From Octopus vulgaris (lineage: Eukaryota), in NCBI GenBank assembly GCA_951406725.2, contig OX597840.1, forward strand, positions 37,758,001 through 37,822,000: 64,000 nucleotides of DNA, given 5' to 3'. Each line of letters starts with the position of its first letter. The stretch's first letter is position 1. Below the pieces are notes generated by a model that saw only the letters and a program-made list of their open reading frames with translations, was not told where the DNA came from and did no database searches. The position numbers and the translations under genes were made by a program. Shown here piece after piece: positions 42,309 through 56,182 of the stretch.

Positions 42309-43552
42309 GTGCACCATCGAAGAGCAGAAGAAAATAACATAGCATGGTATGTAAAAAATGCCACAGAACCACTATTACTGGAAGTAAGAACGTCAAGCTT
42401 GTGTAGGATGGAAGATAAAGTATTGTACAAGCAACTGAAAACGAATGAAACTGAAAGCAGGTGGGTAAAGAAAAGAATGCATGGACAATTTCATAGGGAT
42501 GTTGAAGATAAGTCTGATAGAGAAAAAAGATGGCTATGGGTGTCTAAAACTGATTTAAAACCGGAAACAGATGCTCTAATCTGTGCAGCCCAAGAGCAAG
42601 CACTATGAACGAATTACATGAAATACAAATTAGACAACACATCAGGATTAAATAAGTACCAGTTATGCACTGGGATCGTCATAATCGACTTAATCCATTT
42701 GTCTGTCCTTGTTTGACCCCTCTGTGTTTAGCCCTTTGTGGGTAGTAAAGAAATAGGTATTTCGTGTGCCGTTACGTCGACTTTGCCTTTCATCTGCTAG
42801 TATTATAATATCAGCTCTATGTATTATATTTCACTCGACAAAGGTCATAAGTGCAGAATTTGTGGACAAAATAGTGAAAGTCTATGGCATATTATCAGTC
42901 AATGTACGCCACTAGCCCAGAAGGAAAATAAGAGACGTCATGCCAATACAGCAAGGATTGTCCATTGGACATTTTGCAAAAAGTATGGACTTGACACAGC
43001 AAAAATGTAGTACGATCACAAAGCCGAAGGCATCATCGAAAATGACAATGCAAAGATCCTTTGGGATTTTATGATTCAGTGCGACCATGAGATAGAGAAT
43101 AGGAAACCAGACATAGTGTTAATTGAAAAAGAAAGCAAACGATGCTGGATCATAGATATAGTATGTCCAGCTGAAAACAAGGTTTGCAACAAGGAAGAAA
43201 GAAAAGTCGATAGATATGAGAGGTTAGCTTGGGAGGTCAAGCAGTTGTGGTCGTTGAAAAGGTGGTAGTTGTGTTATTGAATTGTCGGAGCACTGGGAAC
43301 AGTGAGTAAAAACCTTAAGAAGTACATAGAAGACATAGGGGCTGCAATAAGGGTAGAGCACTTGCAGAAAACATCACTCCTTTCAAGCAGTGCTCGAATC
43401 CACCGGATGGTACTCGAATACACCGGATAGTGCTCGAAAAATAAGGGGTGTTACTTTAGTTCACTGGTAGTGAATACCTGGCACCGTCGTACATCTCTAT
43501 CGTTAGAAGCTGTGAAAAGACAATAAATAATAATAATGATAATAATAATAAT
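42309..43552 (+). pseudogene. R4/Dong-clade non-LTR retrotransposon, 3' half (CCHC knuckle + restriction-like endonuclease) with (TAA)n tail
   Basis: MHGQF...LKPETDALICAAQEQAL; CRICGQNSESLWHIISQC; RRH; KILWDFMIQCDHEIENRKPDIVLIEK...IIDIVCP...K.ERKVDRY..L; IVGALG. Contains stops and a frameshift, is interrupted at ~42645-42835, and ends in taataataat. Confidence 0.9.
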
Positions 43553-43972
43553 ACCTTCACTTTGGTGATTATGGCATTAATTTGACGAGTGAAGTGCAAT
43601 ATTTTTTGCGCCAGTAGCGTTTCGAGAGTTACGTTCCCCGGGGATTATCCGTAATCGCTGCAAAAGCTCAAAAGGATTAATAGATAAATCTACATAAAGG
43701 ATAATCTTTCTCGTTCTCTGTGATTTTACTGTTTCTATAGGAAATACGAAGTAGACTTTGCGAGTGAGAGGTGACAATATCCTTTGAAGAAATCATTTTT
43801 ATTATTTTTTTTAAATTTGGGTTTTATGTTTTTTTTTTTGTTTTTCGCCTCCTCCGTAAAGAAACAAATCCAAAATTTCGAAACAGTCGATATTTCATAG
43901 AAATACAAACTTTTCGTTTTGTTTTCATTGTCAGTCGCTAGGGGAATGACACATTAATTTGATTCTCCAGCT

Positions 43973-44050
<78 letters not shown>

Positions 44051-44074
44051 CAATACTACTATTACTACCACCAT

Positions 44075-44122
<48 letters not shown>

Positions 44123-44129
44123 CACTACA

Positions 44130-44161
<32 letters not shown>

Positions 44162-44189
44162 AACTGATACTACCACCACCGCCACCACA

Positions 44190-44226
<37 letters not shown>

Positions 44227-44227
44227 T

Positions 44228-44307
<80 letters not shown>

Positions 44308-44440
44308 ATGTTCCTTTTATTTTTATTATCAGTTATCACTATCATTAATATTATCTTTATCTTTTTCTCTTCTTGCTCATCTTCTTAATGTTATCACTAT
44401 CATTATCATCATCATCATCTTCCTCTTGTTATTATTATCA

Positions 44441-44477
<37 letters not shown>

Positions 44478-44523
44478 TATTACGATTATTATCATCATCC
44501 TCATTCTTCTTCTTCTTCTTCTT

Positions 44524-44597
<74 letters not shown>

Positions 44598-44620
44598 CAT
44601 TACTATTATTATTATTCTCT
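43973..44620. repeat. Long (CTA)n then (TTA)/(TTC)n microsatellites
   Basis: Direct reading. Confidence 0.95.
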
Positions 44621-45812
44621 ATCGGTGTCAATAAATGTTTCTCCAATATTATTCAGCCAATGTTCAAGACGGCACATACACTCCAAGTCTTACGTCCATA
44701 ACTCATTCCAGTTCCACCAAACATTTGTTATGTTAGATGTGTTCACTGAACCGGAAGCACATTAGTGGACTTCCTGTTTTTAAATTGTTTTAAATTATAA
44801 TTGATGAGAACCTAATTGGAGATTGGAGACTTGCTATAATTTCTCCGTATATTCCGATTCAAACTGTTCTCACGATTCACTTTTGTTGTTGTTGCTGTTG
44901 TTGTTGCTGTTTTTGTTTAGCCCTTGGTCAACCCTGACCACGCTCATCTTTAATACTGTTTAGAGTTGATACTGCCTGATATTTGATCATTTATATTTCC
45001 TCTTTTACTTCTTCGAGTGTTTCGGCCGCTGGCCATGTTTTACTATCACCTTCAAAGTTTTCATCGAATATGACGACACAAGCGCTTATTTATTCAACTC
45101 TGCAGCCTATTCTATCATTCTCTTCTCATGATCCGTTGACTTACTCGAGCGTAAATAAACAAACACCGGTTCACATACTCACACGGGAACATGCATACAT
45201 AGATACACATGCATGTATCCATGCATATTCGCACACACAGGCAGACATACCTAATGTACTGTTCCGTAATTGGTTGGATCAACAAAAACGTATTTCTCCC
45301 AGTGAAGGATAGATATCATTTAATATACACATTTAATTGCAAGCTACTATTAATTTCATGCCTCCGGTACTACAAAGGTCGGGCAGGCTTCTAAAGAGGG
45401 CTGTGTATTTCTAAGCAATCATTCAGACTCAAAAACGAAATAATAAATGGCTTTTGAGAAAAGTGAGAAACAACGAAAAAAGGACACGAGAAGAAAAATT
45501 GGAATTTAAAAAAAGAATAACTGAAAGTGGACCTAAAATACTTAGGAGATTCCTATTTTCACCCGTTGGAATCAATAGGTAAATGTTAAAGATTGTGAGA
45601 CTGCACAATTAGTCGAGACAGGGTGCCTGTCCCAAGGTGTGTTCGCGAAAAAGATGGACGACAGTTGTAAGGATGTTGAGATTGTATGGAACCGTGCAAG
45701 TGTTGCCGGTTTAAGTGAAAAGAAGGTAAAATGTAAGTTAAATACGGAAGAAAAAATCATGAAAGGGAAATTAAAAGGAAAAGTAAAAGAGAAAGCCTTT
45801 TCATTTATTATT

Positions 45813-46199
45813 GTGGAAGCACTCCGTCGGTTACGACGATGAGGGTTCCGGTTGATCCGAATCAACAGAACAGCCTGCTCGTGAAATTAACGTTTAAGTG
45901 GCTGAGCACTCCACAGACACGTGTACCCTTAACGTAGTTCTCGGGGATATTCAGCGTGAGACAGAAAGTGACAAGGCCGGCCCCTTGAAATACAGGTACA
46001 ACAGAAACAGGAAGTAAGAGTGAGAGAAAGTTGTGGTGAAAGAGTACAGCAGGGATCACCACCATCCCCTGCCGGAGCCTCGAGGAGCTTTTAAGTGTTT
46101 TCGCTCAATAAACACTCACAACGCCCGGTCTGGGAATCGAAACCGCGATCTTATGACCGCGAGTCCACTGCCCTAACCACTGGGCCATTGCGCCTCCAC
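45813..46199 (-). mobile_element. Full-length S3 tRNA-derived SINE with 12-bp TSD
   Basis: A-box TGGCCCAGTGG and B-box GGTTTCGATTCC. TSD tcatttattatt at 45801-45812 and 46200-46211. Confidence 0.92.
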
Positions 46200-46925
46200 T
46201 CATTTATTATTACCGTTCTTTTCATTCGATTTTATTTTCCCTCACTATTGTTCTTTGTCTTTCCTTGTTCGTCCCCTCTGTGTTAGGTCCTGTGTGGCCA
46301 AATAAAGAAATACAGTCGGCGAGGTACGTCCACACCTACCGATTAATTTATGGCGTGAAGAGGGAAGATCAGTTGCAAACACAAAAAAATAAATTAATTA
46401 ATTAAAACTTAAAAAACGAATGCACAAGAACAGATTCGAACGCAGAGAAAAGACATTACAAACGCAGACAGAAAAAAAGGAAAAAAAAATACTCCAAAAA
46501 ATGACCCTAAATATACAACACAATTTACTCACAGCAAGGACAGACGGAAATAAACACACAAGAACGGATACGAACGCAGGCCCCCTGGTGGGTAATAAAG
46601 AAACTGGATACGAACGCAGACAGAAACATTACAAACACAGACAGCAAAATAAATAAATAGATAAATAACACTGAATATACAACACAAGCACAGCAAGGAC
46701 AAAGAGACAAAAATAAAATGTTTAAAAACTCTTTCTAAAAATGTTCAGTGACGTTATCTGGAGTGAGGGGTTCCAGTTAACATCGTTCCCCATTTTCATT
46801 TATCATTACCATTCTTTTCATTCTATTTTATATTTCCTCCACTTTCGTGGTTTGTCTTTCCTTGTTTGTCCCCTCTGTGTTAGGGCTTGTGTGGCCAAAT
46901 AAGGAAATACAGTCGGCGAGGCACG
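46200..46925 (+). repeat. Pair of ~125-bp direct repeats resembling a LINE 3' end (…gtggccaaataa.gaaata)
   Basis: 46200-46325 aligns with 46795-46923. The 3' part matches the S1 unit tail ttgtct.tccttgtt.gtcccctctgtgtt. Confidence 0.75.
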
Positions 46926-48499
46926 CCGTTTTGACAAGTCACGCAAACGACAAAGTGCGTCGTTATAATGCGAAACATATCAGTGTTGAGCAAAACACAA
47001 CTAGATACTAACGTTTAGCGGAATGCTCGGATCTAGAATTCACCAGGTGAGAAGACTCTTTAGTTCTAAAGAAAAATGATGACATCTTTCGACTATGCAA
47101 AGCCTGCACTTATTTGGTTCAATATGGCGTAAATCGCCCCACAATGCTCCACTCGATTAATTTTAATCCGTTGTCCATTGTGTTACCTGTAGATGATAAG
47201 ATAATTTGCAAGTGTGAAATGATGGGAGAAGGGGTGTGATCACCAGCTGGGCAAAACTGAGCCTCTATTGAATATTTTTCTATGTTTATAGCTATCTAAG
47301 AGAAGCCAATCTGTTAAAGCCAGGAATTTCTTGTATTAACTTTGATATTCAAACAGTGTAAGGATGTGAGAGTCGGGGTGACTATAAAATCTTCCTGGGT
47401 CTAGTTTTATGTTTTGTACATTTAACTGTAGGGCTGTACGCTATGCTTGGTTTGAAGCCAATGTTGGTCGGGGTCTTATTTTTGTAGGGCGCTTCCTCAT
47501 CTAACACTTACTTAGAAAATGAGGAGGGATTGTATATTCTATTTTGGATATTGGTTATGAGATTTTTTAAAGGCTATGGGGTGGGCAACAAGATTACTTA
47601 TGTCTATTTTTAGTCGACTAGATCTACAAATCAATGTTATGATTAACCTCTCTAAATAGATATTTTAGGTTCTTCTGTAGACTTAAACCTGTGCTCTTAA
47701 TCATAAACTGATTGAAAAAAATCATTTATATCCATAAATAGTCGGGTCACATCTCTATTGTATTTTAAAACGTTAACCCCATACCGTCAATAGGATATCG
47801 AAATTCTCTGCCAGAGACTGGACAAACATAGTGAAATGCATTTCTTCCTTTCTTCAATAAAAAAGGCTGTGATTTAAACATTACGGCACCCTTATTGGCT
47901 CATGTACAGATGTATACCATATCAAAAAAATAGCGGGTGATTTGAGGGTATTTTGGCTGCTATTCTTAGAAGGTCAAAAGAAATATTGTCGCATTTCAGT
48001 GCGTCACACATATATTTCATAACAATGATAGATATGAATGGAAAGAGAAATTGTGGTTATTTCTAACAGTTCTAACGACTAGTTTGTGGTCTTCCCTTTA
48101 TACATACCTGCCTGCTAGAAACAGATGGCAATTCTCTTCCAAATTTTACCCTACAGTATGAAAAAAAGGTATTGTGATTCTCAATTCCTGTATATTGTAA
48201 AAGACGTGACAGCCACAGTTGGAATGACTTTGATCGTACGTTTACTTGGTCGGGGCTGATATATGGTACAACAACAAAAATATCGTTGAGATTTCTAATT
48301 CGGTCACATATATTTTGAAAGAAAGAACGGATCATTATATCGACTCCAATATTTTACTGGTGCTTGATCGATTCTGGAAACAATAGACAGAAGGCGGCAA
48401 ATTAAACTTATAATGTAAAGGAACATAATCAAAGAAGTCTGAAGGATGATGCGATGTACACCGTTTTGTCTACTTTCAACACGTCCGCCTCTAGGTTGC

Positions 48500-48730
48500 C
48501 ATTCATTTAGAGTCGAACCAAGTATTTCTGTTGCATTTCAAGTTACTTCTGCCATGTCAGCTTCGGTTTTCCCATTCCTCACAGGCAAGCGTGAGATTTC
48601 CACTCAACACCATTTTAAATATCCATTTCTTAGTCATTCTCAATAGATGATCCATCAGCCGTATTCTCCTCCTTGCAGCCAGTGTTACTATTAATTCCTT
48701 TTGTCATGTTCTCGTAAGTAGTTCTAACCG
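48500..48730 (-). pseudogene. RTE-clade LINE C-terminal remnant
   Basis: Minus strand ARRRIRLMDHLLRM...GKPKLTWQK resembles rR.rw.GHvlRM...GRPk.tW. Confidence 0.55.
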
Positions 48731-49133
48731 TTTCTGCGTAATCTAATGGCATCTAATTCGTCAGTGTAAAGGTTTTGCCAAGCCAACTCTCTTTGTGCTA
48801 ATATTTTTGTTACAAAAATCAATATACGAAGACGAAAGGTTAGAATAATGGATCTTTTCAAGACGGATCGATAAATGATGCACCAGCTATGTTCTGGTAG
48901 ATATTCGATCAACCAGTGACATCTCTTTAGTCTTCTTCGGCTAATGGCGACATATAGTCAAGTCGACCAGTAAGAAAACTATAACCCAAGGTTTGATTCT
49001 GGCAAATGTCATTATGTAACAACATTTTACTATTGTTTAGCTGTTGGTTAGTCTTGATCAAGAATAATTATCATCAAAGGCATTCCAGATGAGACTCTGG
49101 TAGTATATTTTTATCTCAATGGTATTATTATTA

Positions 49134-49731
49134 CGGCGAGCTGGCAGAGACGTTAGCACGCCGGGCGATATGCTAAGAGGTATTTCGTCTGCCGCTACGT
49201 TCTGAGTTCAAATTCCGCCGAGGTCGACATTGCCTTTCATCCTTTCGGGGTCGATTAAATAAGTACCAGTTCCGCGCTGGGGTCGATATAATCGACTTAA
49301 TCCGTTTGTCGGTCTTTGTTCGTCCCCTCTGTTTTTAGCCCCTTGTGGACAGTAAAGAAATAGGTATTTCTTCTGCCGCTACGTTCTGAGTTCAAATTCC
49401 GCCGAGGTCGACTTTGCCAGTTATCATTCGGAGTCGATAAATTAAGTACCAGTTACGTACTGGGGTCGATATAATCGACTTAATCCGTTTGTCTGTCTTT
49501 GTTCGTCCCCTCTGTGTTAAGCCCCTTGTGGGTTGTAAAGAAATAGGTATTTCGTCTGCCGTTACGTTCTGAGTTCAAGTTCCGCCGAGATCGACTTTGT
49601 CTTTCATCCTTTCTGGGTCGATTAAACAAGTACCAGTTGCGCACTGAGGTCGATGTAATCAACTTAATCCCTTTGTCTGTCCTTGTTCGTCCCCTCTCTG
49701 TTTAGCCCCTTGTGGGTAGTAAAGAAATAGG
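49134..49731 (+). mobile_element. S1 SINE with one head and three tandem 183-184-bp units
   Basis: Units start ggtatttc at 49179, 49363 and 49546 and each ends gtaaagaaata. TSD-like flanks ggtattattatta / ggtaatatcatta. Confidence 0.93.
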
Positions 49732-50094
49732 TAATATCATTACGGCCACATTGGACAGTATATCCTTTGCTGTTGTTTAGCTCAGGGTCATATCTGGTCC
49801 AGTAGAATTATGTAAGTCATCCTTGAAATAATCATAATACTGTTATTGCTATTATAACTGAATTTTCCAATGCCTCTCATCTTGTTTTAATAATGTTGAA
49901 CGGTTTAGGACTCTTTGAATGTTGTTCAGGTGTCTAATAAACCAATCAAGTGTACTAAGCTTCATACTTTCTCTCGAGTTGTGTCCCGAAGGAATAGAAC
50001 AAACCAAGATCACGGTGACAACTAGCGTCTCTATGACCTAATGACAGGAGTACTCTACGTTTTAGCTAGGTTCCTTAGAAACATGAGATAAGTC

Positions 50095-50206
50095 TTCCGG
50101 GATCAGTCCCACTGCGTTGCACCTTGGGCAAGTGTCTTCTGCTATAGCGTCGGGCCGATTAAAGCCTTCTGAGTAGATTTGGTAGACGAAAACTGAAAGA
50201 AGCCCG

Positions 50207-50254
<48 letters not shown>

Positions 50255-50507
50255 GTATGTATGTGTGTGTGTGCGTGTGTGTATGTGTGTGTGTGTCTGT
50301 GTGTGTGTCTGTGTTTGCCACCCGCCCCGCAAAATCGCTTGACAACCGATGATGGTGTGTTTACGTCCCCTTCACTTAACGGTTCGGCAAAAGTGAACGT
50401 TAGAATAAGTACTGGGCTTACAAACCATAAGTCCTGGGGTCGATTTGCTTGACTAAAGGCGGTGCTCCAGCATGGCCACAGTCAAATGACTGAAACAAGT
50501 AAAAGAG
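50095..50507 (+). mobile_element. S2 SINE, near full length
   Basis: gcaccttgggcaagtgtcttct (CORE-like), internal TA/TG tract, tail ggcggtgctccagcatggccacagtcaaatgactgaaacaag. Confidence 0.9.
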
Positions 50508-51338
50508 TTTAAAAAAAGTAAAGATTAACGTCTGCTTTCCATCGGCAATAAAAATGACATCAAAAAAGGTACCTGAAATTCGAACATTTAGAAATGGTAA
50601 TTACAAGTTTACAATTGTAAAGTGTCGTTTAATACTTTTTATAAGTTCGATCAACCGAAGAAATATGTAAAGTCAGATCTGATCAACAAAAATTATGGTG
50701 ACGACTGCAACAACAACAACATCAATCACAGTAATCCGAAGAAAAGAGACTCGAGTTCGTTCCCAATTTGCAGTAAATATAGCAGACACACCTCTCCCAA
50801 AATAGACCACGATGTCTTACAATGAGTAATGAACCTTTTAAACGACGATACACAATAAATATTTAATAGGACATGGTTGCCATATATGAAAGGTCTTTTA
50901 AACAATGGTTTACTCCATCAGATCTCAACAGATCTCATCAGATCTCAAGCTAAGTAACCAATACGAAAAACACACATCAAGGAGAAGCTATGTAACGAAA
51001 CTTAATGAAGAATTTAGTCGAGGCCAACACCGCCTCTGCTTCTCCAACACCCGACGTAGTTCGTTAATAATTAAAACGAACATCAATTTCAAGAATCCTG
51101 TTATGGCATTGTACTCACGTTTTGTTAATATTTTGTGGTGTTTTTGTTTTAAATTTTAATTCTTGACTGTTTTTTTTCCCTCTAGTTTGAAATCTCATAC
51201 ATCAAGTATTTCACATCTTATAATGTATGTATGAATACGTGTATACATACATACAGATATATGTATGCATATATATATACGTACATGTAAAAATACATGC
51301 ATATATATATGTATACATACACACACGCACAAATGCGG

Positions 51339-51369
<31 letters not shown>

Positions 51370-51534
51370 CATGTTCATAAGCAAGTATGAATATAAAAAT
51401 AAATATACATGTATACATTATACATACGATATATGTATACATATATACATACATATATATATATATACATATATGCATACATACATCCATATATATAAGT
51501 ATATCATACATATATATACATATGTATGTATATC

Positions 51535-51569
<35 letters not shown>

Positions 51570-51655
51570 TGTATGTATGTATCTATATGCATATGTGTAG
51601 ATATATGTGTGACTGGATGTATGTATTCTTATATACTTATATTCACACACATATA

Positions 51656-51758
<103 letters not shown>

Positions 51759-51770
51759 GTATATATATAT

Positions 51771-51810
<40 letters not shown>

Positions 51811-52129
51811 TATATATGAGTATATATATATATATGTACATATAAATATAAATATATATATATATACAAATGCATATATACGTATATGTATGTATGTATG
51901 TGTGCCTAAATCTGGCCTTACATAAATTCTTCTACCATGCTTCCACCATAAAGGCGCCATATCTTTACAATATCCTATAAATATGTATGAGATTTTGGTT
52001 GTTGTTGTTGTTGTTGCTGTTTTTCACTAAAGTAATTACACGAAATCGAAGATAACATCATCTTCTTTGTTTCGTTTTTTTCTGCCACGAAGAGAAGAAA
52101 CCGTAGAGAGAGAGAGAAAGAGAAAGAGA

Positions 52130-52900
<771 letters not shown>

Positions 52901-53110
52901 AGAGAGATAAAAGGTGGCTGTAGATAAGGTGAATTAGTATTATTTTCTGATGGCGATTGTCAGAAGTGTTGATGAGAATCCTGACACTCGTGCAATCGGC
53001 AACCAAGATAAACTTGTACATCCAACGCAACTATATAAAGACGAAAAGAGATGGAGAGAGAGAGATACGGGGAAAGAAAGCACGAGAGAAAAAGCAAGAA
53101 CGAGAAAGAG

Positions 53111-53150
<40 letters not shown>

Positions 53151-53358
53151 GTAGGAAAGAGATAAAGAGATATACTACATTGGTTGATTTTTATGAACAA
53201 AATTTCAAAAGCGCCATATTGTAAATTCGTAAGGTTTTCTAAAACGATGCGTCAGTAAGAGAAACATTTGGATTTCCATCTAAAGATCTCGTGTGTGCAA
53301 TTTTATAATCTGTCATACTCATTATATTCTGTTAACTGTAATAAAAAAAGGAAAAAAT

Positions 53359-53520
53359 GGCGTAGGGGTGGGTGTGTGGTAACTAGCCTGCTTACCGACC
53401 ACACGGTGCCGGGTTCAGTCCCACTGCGTGGCACCTTGAGCAAGTGCCTTCTACTATAGCCTTGGGCCGACCAGTGCCTTGTGAGTGGATTTGGTAGAAG
53501 GAAACTAAAAGACACCCGTC

Positions 53521-53579
<59 letters not shown>

Positions 53580-53832
53580 TACATTTGTGAGAATACATTT
53601 GTGTGTCTGTGTTCATCGCCCCAACATCGTTTCACAACCGATGCTTATGTATTTACGTCCCTGTAACTAAGTGGTTCAGCAAAACAGACCGATAGAGTAA
53701 GTACAAGGCTTACAAAGAATAAGCTCCGAGGCTATAGTAGAAGACATTTGCCCAAGATGCCACGCAGTGGGACTGAACCCGGAACCATGTGGTTGGTACG
53801 CAAGCTACTTACCACACAGCCACTCCTGCGTC
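53359..53832. mobile_element. S2 SINE (+, 53359-53723) fused to an inverted S2 head (-, 53726-53832)
   Basis: The two ~105-bp heads are near reverse complements of each other. Confidence 0.85.
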
Positions 53833-54779
53833 TATTCTAATAATTAAAATCAATCGTAAACGAAATAAAAGCGTAATAAACGTAAAATATATAAAATTAT
53901 CCGTAACCCAACACAAGAATTTTCTCTCGTAGTTTTTGACAGGAAATTTATCGAATGAGTGCCTATAAATTCTTCAAGAGTGATCTGCTATAATATCTGT
54001 ATCCACATTCCCTCGTATCTCTCTTCCATTGTTTTTATTCTCTGATGAATCCTTCGCCTTGATCTTTGCTTTTATCGCTAAGCTTCTCTGGAAAGCTAAG
54101 TAACTGAAGGGATAATGGATATTGATGTTGCTGCTATAGTCAAGCTTAATAAAATCGCCGTGTACGCCTTTTACACTCTTTCTATGAGTATTCCTTCTAA
54201 TGACTGCATATAAAATATTTGGTAAAGCGAACAAGCGAGAAAACCTTGAAAGGCACTTAATGCTGTCCACTGAATCTATAAAATAAAAATCATATTTAAG
54301 CATTCTTATACGGGGACCATTAAAAAGGTCTGCTTTAAGGTTTAAAGTGCCACCAAAGGTACAGGCGAATGTCAATTTAATTGTGTAATTTTGTTAAGGC
54401 GATGCTTGAATATGGTAATATGTTTTAGAAGGAGAAGGGAAATGATCTTCTACGAAATTCATCTAACTTTAGATTCAGAGATTCTATAACAGGTATCAGT
54501 TATAAGTAACCAACAATTGCGTTGCCCATTGTGCGTCAGAAGAGATATATATGGGTATGTATTATATATGTATGAGTGTGTGTTTCATTAAATAGCCGAG
54601 TGAGTTTTGGTCTTGAAATTTTAATATCTTAGATTAATCTTATATTTATTTACCATTATTTACCGGTAGCAGGTGGCTTTCCAGCAATAGTGTTTCTAAA
54701 ACCATATTCGAAATTTCCAGATCTTTACAAGCTTCTTTTCACGACATTTTGCACACTACTGGCAGCTATAGACATACGG

Positions 54780-54910
54780 TAAGTTGATTGCATCAATCAC
54801 AGTGCTCAAGTGGTACTTAATTTATCGACCACAAAACGATGAAAGGTAAATTCGAACTCAGACCGCAACGGCAGACGAAATGTCGCTAATCATTTCGCCC
54901 AGCTCGCGAC
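54780..54910 (-). mobile_element. Degenerate S1 SINE
   Basis: tggtacttaatttatcgacc...gatgaaagg...gaactcaga...ggcagacgaaat. Confidence 0.7.
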
Positions 54911-55689
54911 CTTATGATATGTGATTGTTTTATTAGCATGGAATACACTGCTTTAAAATTGTTGAACAAGATCAGAAAATTCGGAGGAAGACTAAAATCA
55001 TTTGCATCAATCTCAATACCTGTGCGGAATTTGATTCTCCAAGATCAATCAATGAGCTTTCAAGGTGTTTTCAATCGTTCAGGAGGTCGACGGTCGATAG
55101 TACATTATTTTTATTTTTATCACTTCAATAATATAGGTATAAAAAAATTTCTAGCGGCCGATATCATTATTTGAAATCTTTGAATATTTCGCCTATCATG
55201 TCTAGCGTCAAATGATTGAAATTCTAGAATAAAACGAAGAATAAACAAGAATATATAATATTCTACATATTTAGTGATTATCAGCAATTATTCGCCTTAA
55301 AATGTTCTCAGCGAGAAAGTCTTTGAAGTCATCAGAGCTTCGATTTTGCTGTGTATTGCATTGTTTATTCTTAGCTGGAGATTTGGTCTTTCACTGTGTT
55401 CATTTTATTATGATGCCAGAGAGTTGGCCATTAAATAACTTACCATTTTTCACAAGCCTCAGCAAACCATCAAAAGCCAAAACATTGGACATAAGTAAAT
55501 ATTTGAAAATAAATAGATAAATGAAACATTCAAGAAAAACAGAATTGAAAACCGCTGACATGACCAATGCAAAGGAGAAATTGGAGAAAAATATTGGAGT
55601 CGTAAACACGCTTAATTCAAAAATCAATAAAAAGACATGGCGTGTCGAAGCTTTTGCGATCACGATCATATGATTGGAGGATTGCTGTG

Positions 55690-55932
55690 AGCTGCCGGAA
55701 TCTGTCCGCCTTTGTCACGCTTGCCCACCAGAGTCATTCCATGGGGGCTTGAGATTGCTCTCCTTGGCTTGCTCCACCGTTGGGGCCTAGATGTTGGTGT
55801 TTGGTCTGGGATCTCATCCTTGTCCTTGAGGTCATGGGTGGCTCTACTAGGAGTCTAAGGCTCCAGACGGCATCACTCACGGAATCATTGGGGCGCACAA
55901 GCTCTTCCACCACTGCAAGAGATGACAATTCG
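55690..55932 (-). mobile_element. RTE (BovB/Expander-like) 5' UTR fragment
   Basis: Minus strand gtcatctcttgcagtggtggaagagcttgtgcgccccaatgattcc...ctcctagtagagccacccatg...ccagaccaaa resembles the conserved RTE 5' UTR as I recall it. Confidence 0.55.
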
Positions 55933-56182
55933 GAAGAGACACAAATACACGCACAGACACATACGACGGTCTTCTTTCAGTTTCCGTCTACTAAATCGCA
56001 CGTAGTGGGACTTAACCCGGAACCACGTGGTGTAGAAGCAGGCTACTTACCACACACGTTCCAGTATCAGGATGGTTGTGCTATATAAGGTTGATAAGGA
56101 CAAGTAATACGATACGTGCAATCACCATAAAATACCGGTGAGTCTTTAAGTCAAAGTTACTACCAGACTACATGAATGCTCA

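Noticed and set aside
46120-46197. tRNA gene
   Set aside because: A and B boxes are present, but the sequence continues into a SINE body with a TSD and has no proper acceptor stem.
47160-47800. Possible Penelope RT remnant (minus-strand DVTRLFMDI)
   Set aside because: A single short motif with nothing else alignable by eye. Needs BLASTX.
49179-49731. CRISPR-like array of regularly spaced repeats
   Set aside because: Whole 184-bp units repeat with no unique spacers, the context is a eukaryotic SINE, and there are no cas genes.
50560-51190. Minus-strand splice signals (gtgagta near 51119, tttcag near 50572)
   Set aside because: No coding exon adjoins them, and such motifs are expected by chance without transcript data.
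53974-54375. 133-aa non-repetitive ORF
   Set aside because: No recognisable motif and a non-ATG start. Likely a decayed element or chance.
55302-55670. Possible hAT transposase or host exon
   Set aside because: Only vague resemblance, frames are broken, and there are no convincing splice sites.
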